Positions 63,539 to 64,000 of a stretch of DNA of 64,000 nucleotides are shown here, in pieces; the stretch's first letter is position 1, and each line of letters begins with the position of its first letter. Source of the DNA: a virus. The notes under the pieces are model-generated. The model saw nothing but the letters and a program-made list of their open reading frames with translations. It was not told where the DNA came from and did not search any database. The position numbers and the translations under genes are program-made. The stretch spans positions 128,498-192,497 of IMG/VR virus record IMGVR_UViG_3300042389_001478; one strand, 5' to 3'.

Positions 63539-63698
63539 TATTGTTCCAATAATTAGTAATCTTATTCCATACTGGAGTAAAGAAGTATACAGCTATAAAA
63601 CTAACAATACCACTTACGGAGGCATTAATTATACCCCCAAGAGTTAGTGCTGGCACTATTGGTATCATTTGTGTTTCAACTTCTTCTTTATTTTCCAT
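63525..63698 (-). CDS. 57-aa membrane protein (not in the ORF track)
   Basis: MENKEEVETQMIPIVPALTLGG...; fills the gap with overlaps on both sides. Confidence 0.5.
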   Translation of the reverse strand: MENKEEVETQMIPIVPALTLGGIINASVSGIVSFIAVYFFTPVWNKITNYWNNNEIH

Positions 63699-63939
63699 AA
63701 TCACTCACAGTGAATTTGATATCATTCTTTTCTTCTTTAAACTTGACTTGATGCTCAATCCACTTATCTTCTGTCATATGATTAAAAATAGCGGTAGCTA
63801 CTTTACTCACACTTTTGGCTACTCCGCTGGCATCCGGCCCAGCATCTAACTTAGCCCAATAATAAAGACCATCTTCCTTGTCTTTAATTACTTCATAACC
63901 CTGTGTTTTAGCCCATTTTTTGATTTCGGAGATCATCAT
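63688..63939 (-). CDS. Hypothetical protein
   Basis: Operonic ORF. Confidence 0.55.
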   Translation of the reverse strand: MMISEIKKWAKTQGYEVIKDKEDGLYYWAKLDAGPDASGVAKSVSKVATAIFNHMTEDKWIEHQVKFKEEKNDIKFTVSDYGK

Positions 63940-64000
63940 ATTAACAACTCATGTTACCAGACTTGGGTGGTTTGTCAACATACTTTCTTGTGGTTGGATC

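Noticed and set aside
1-64000. Stop-codon reassignment, as seen in some jumbo phages
   Set aside because: Genes are full length and tightly packed in the standard code; TAG and TGA end genes at operon junctions.

Overview
AT-rich segment of a large (probably jumbo) dsDNA bacteriophage genome. Essentially all credible genes lie on the minus strand and read through in the standard bacterial code. Left part (1-32 kb): phoH, dUTPase, class II ribonucleotide reductase, glycosyltransferases, dCMP deaminase, two large repeat proteins, an active/inactive papain pair, membrane proteins, a ClpP-like protein, a divergent sigma70-family factor, apparently inactivated host-type enzymes (DeoC-like, bacterioferritin-like), GMP reductase, two tandem SET-domain genes, an NDT-like protein and a macrodomain. 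Middle (32-44 kb): S8 and S1 proteases, an actin-family ATPase next to a membrane-anchored gene, a thioredoxin-like protein, RuvB, a primase-like gene, rIIB and rIIA. Right part (44-64 kb): many small early-type genes behind consensus sigma70 promoters, a kinase-like protein, DNA repair genes (ligase, Ogg-like glycosylase, UvdE), thyX, a tmRNA, an atypical tRNA-Ile(UAU) and a tRNA-Leu(UAA) interrupted by a 207-nt group I intron with a free-standing HNH gene beside it. Two promoter classes are visible: TTGACA-N16/17-TATAAT-like with a CGAT word in the spacer, and GGTGTATA. All family assignments come from motif recognition by eye; no database searches were run, and the host cannot be determined from this window.
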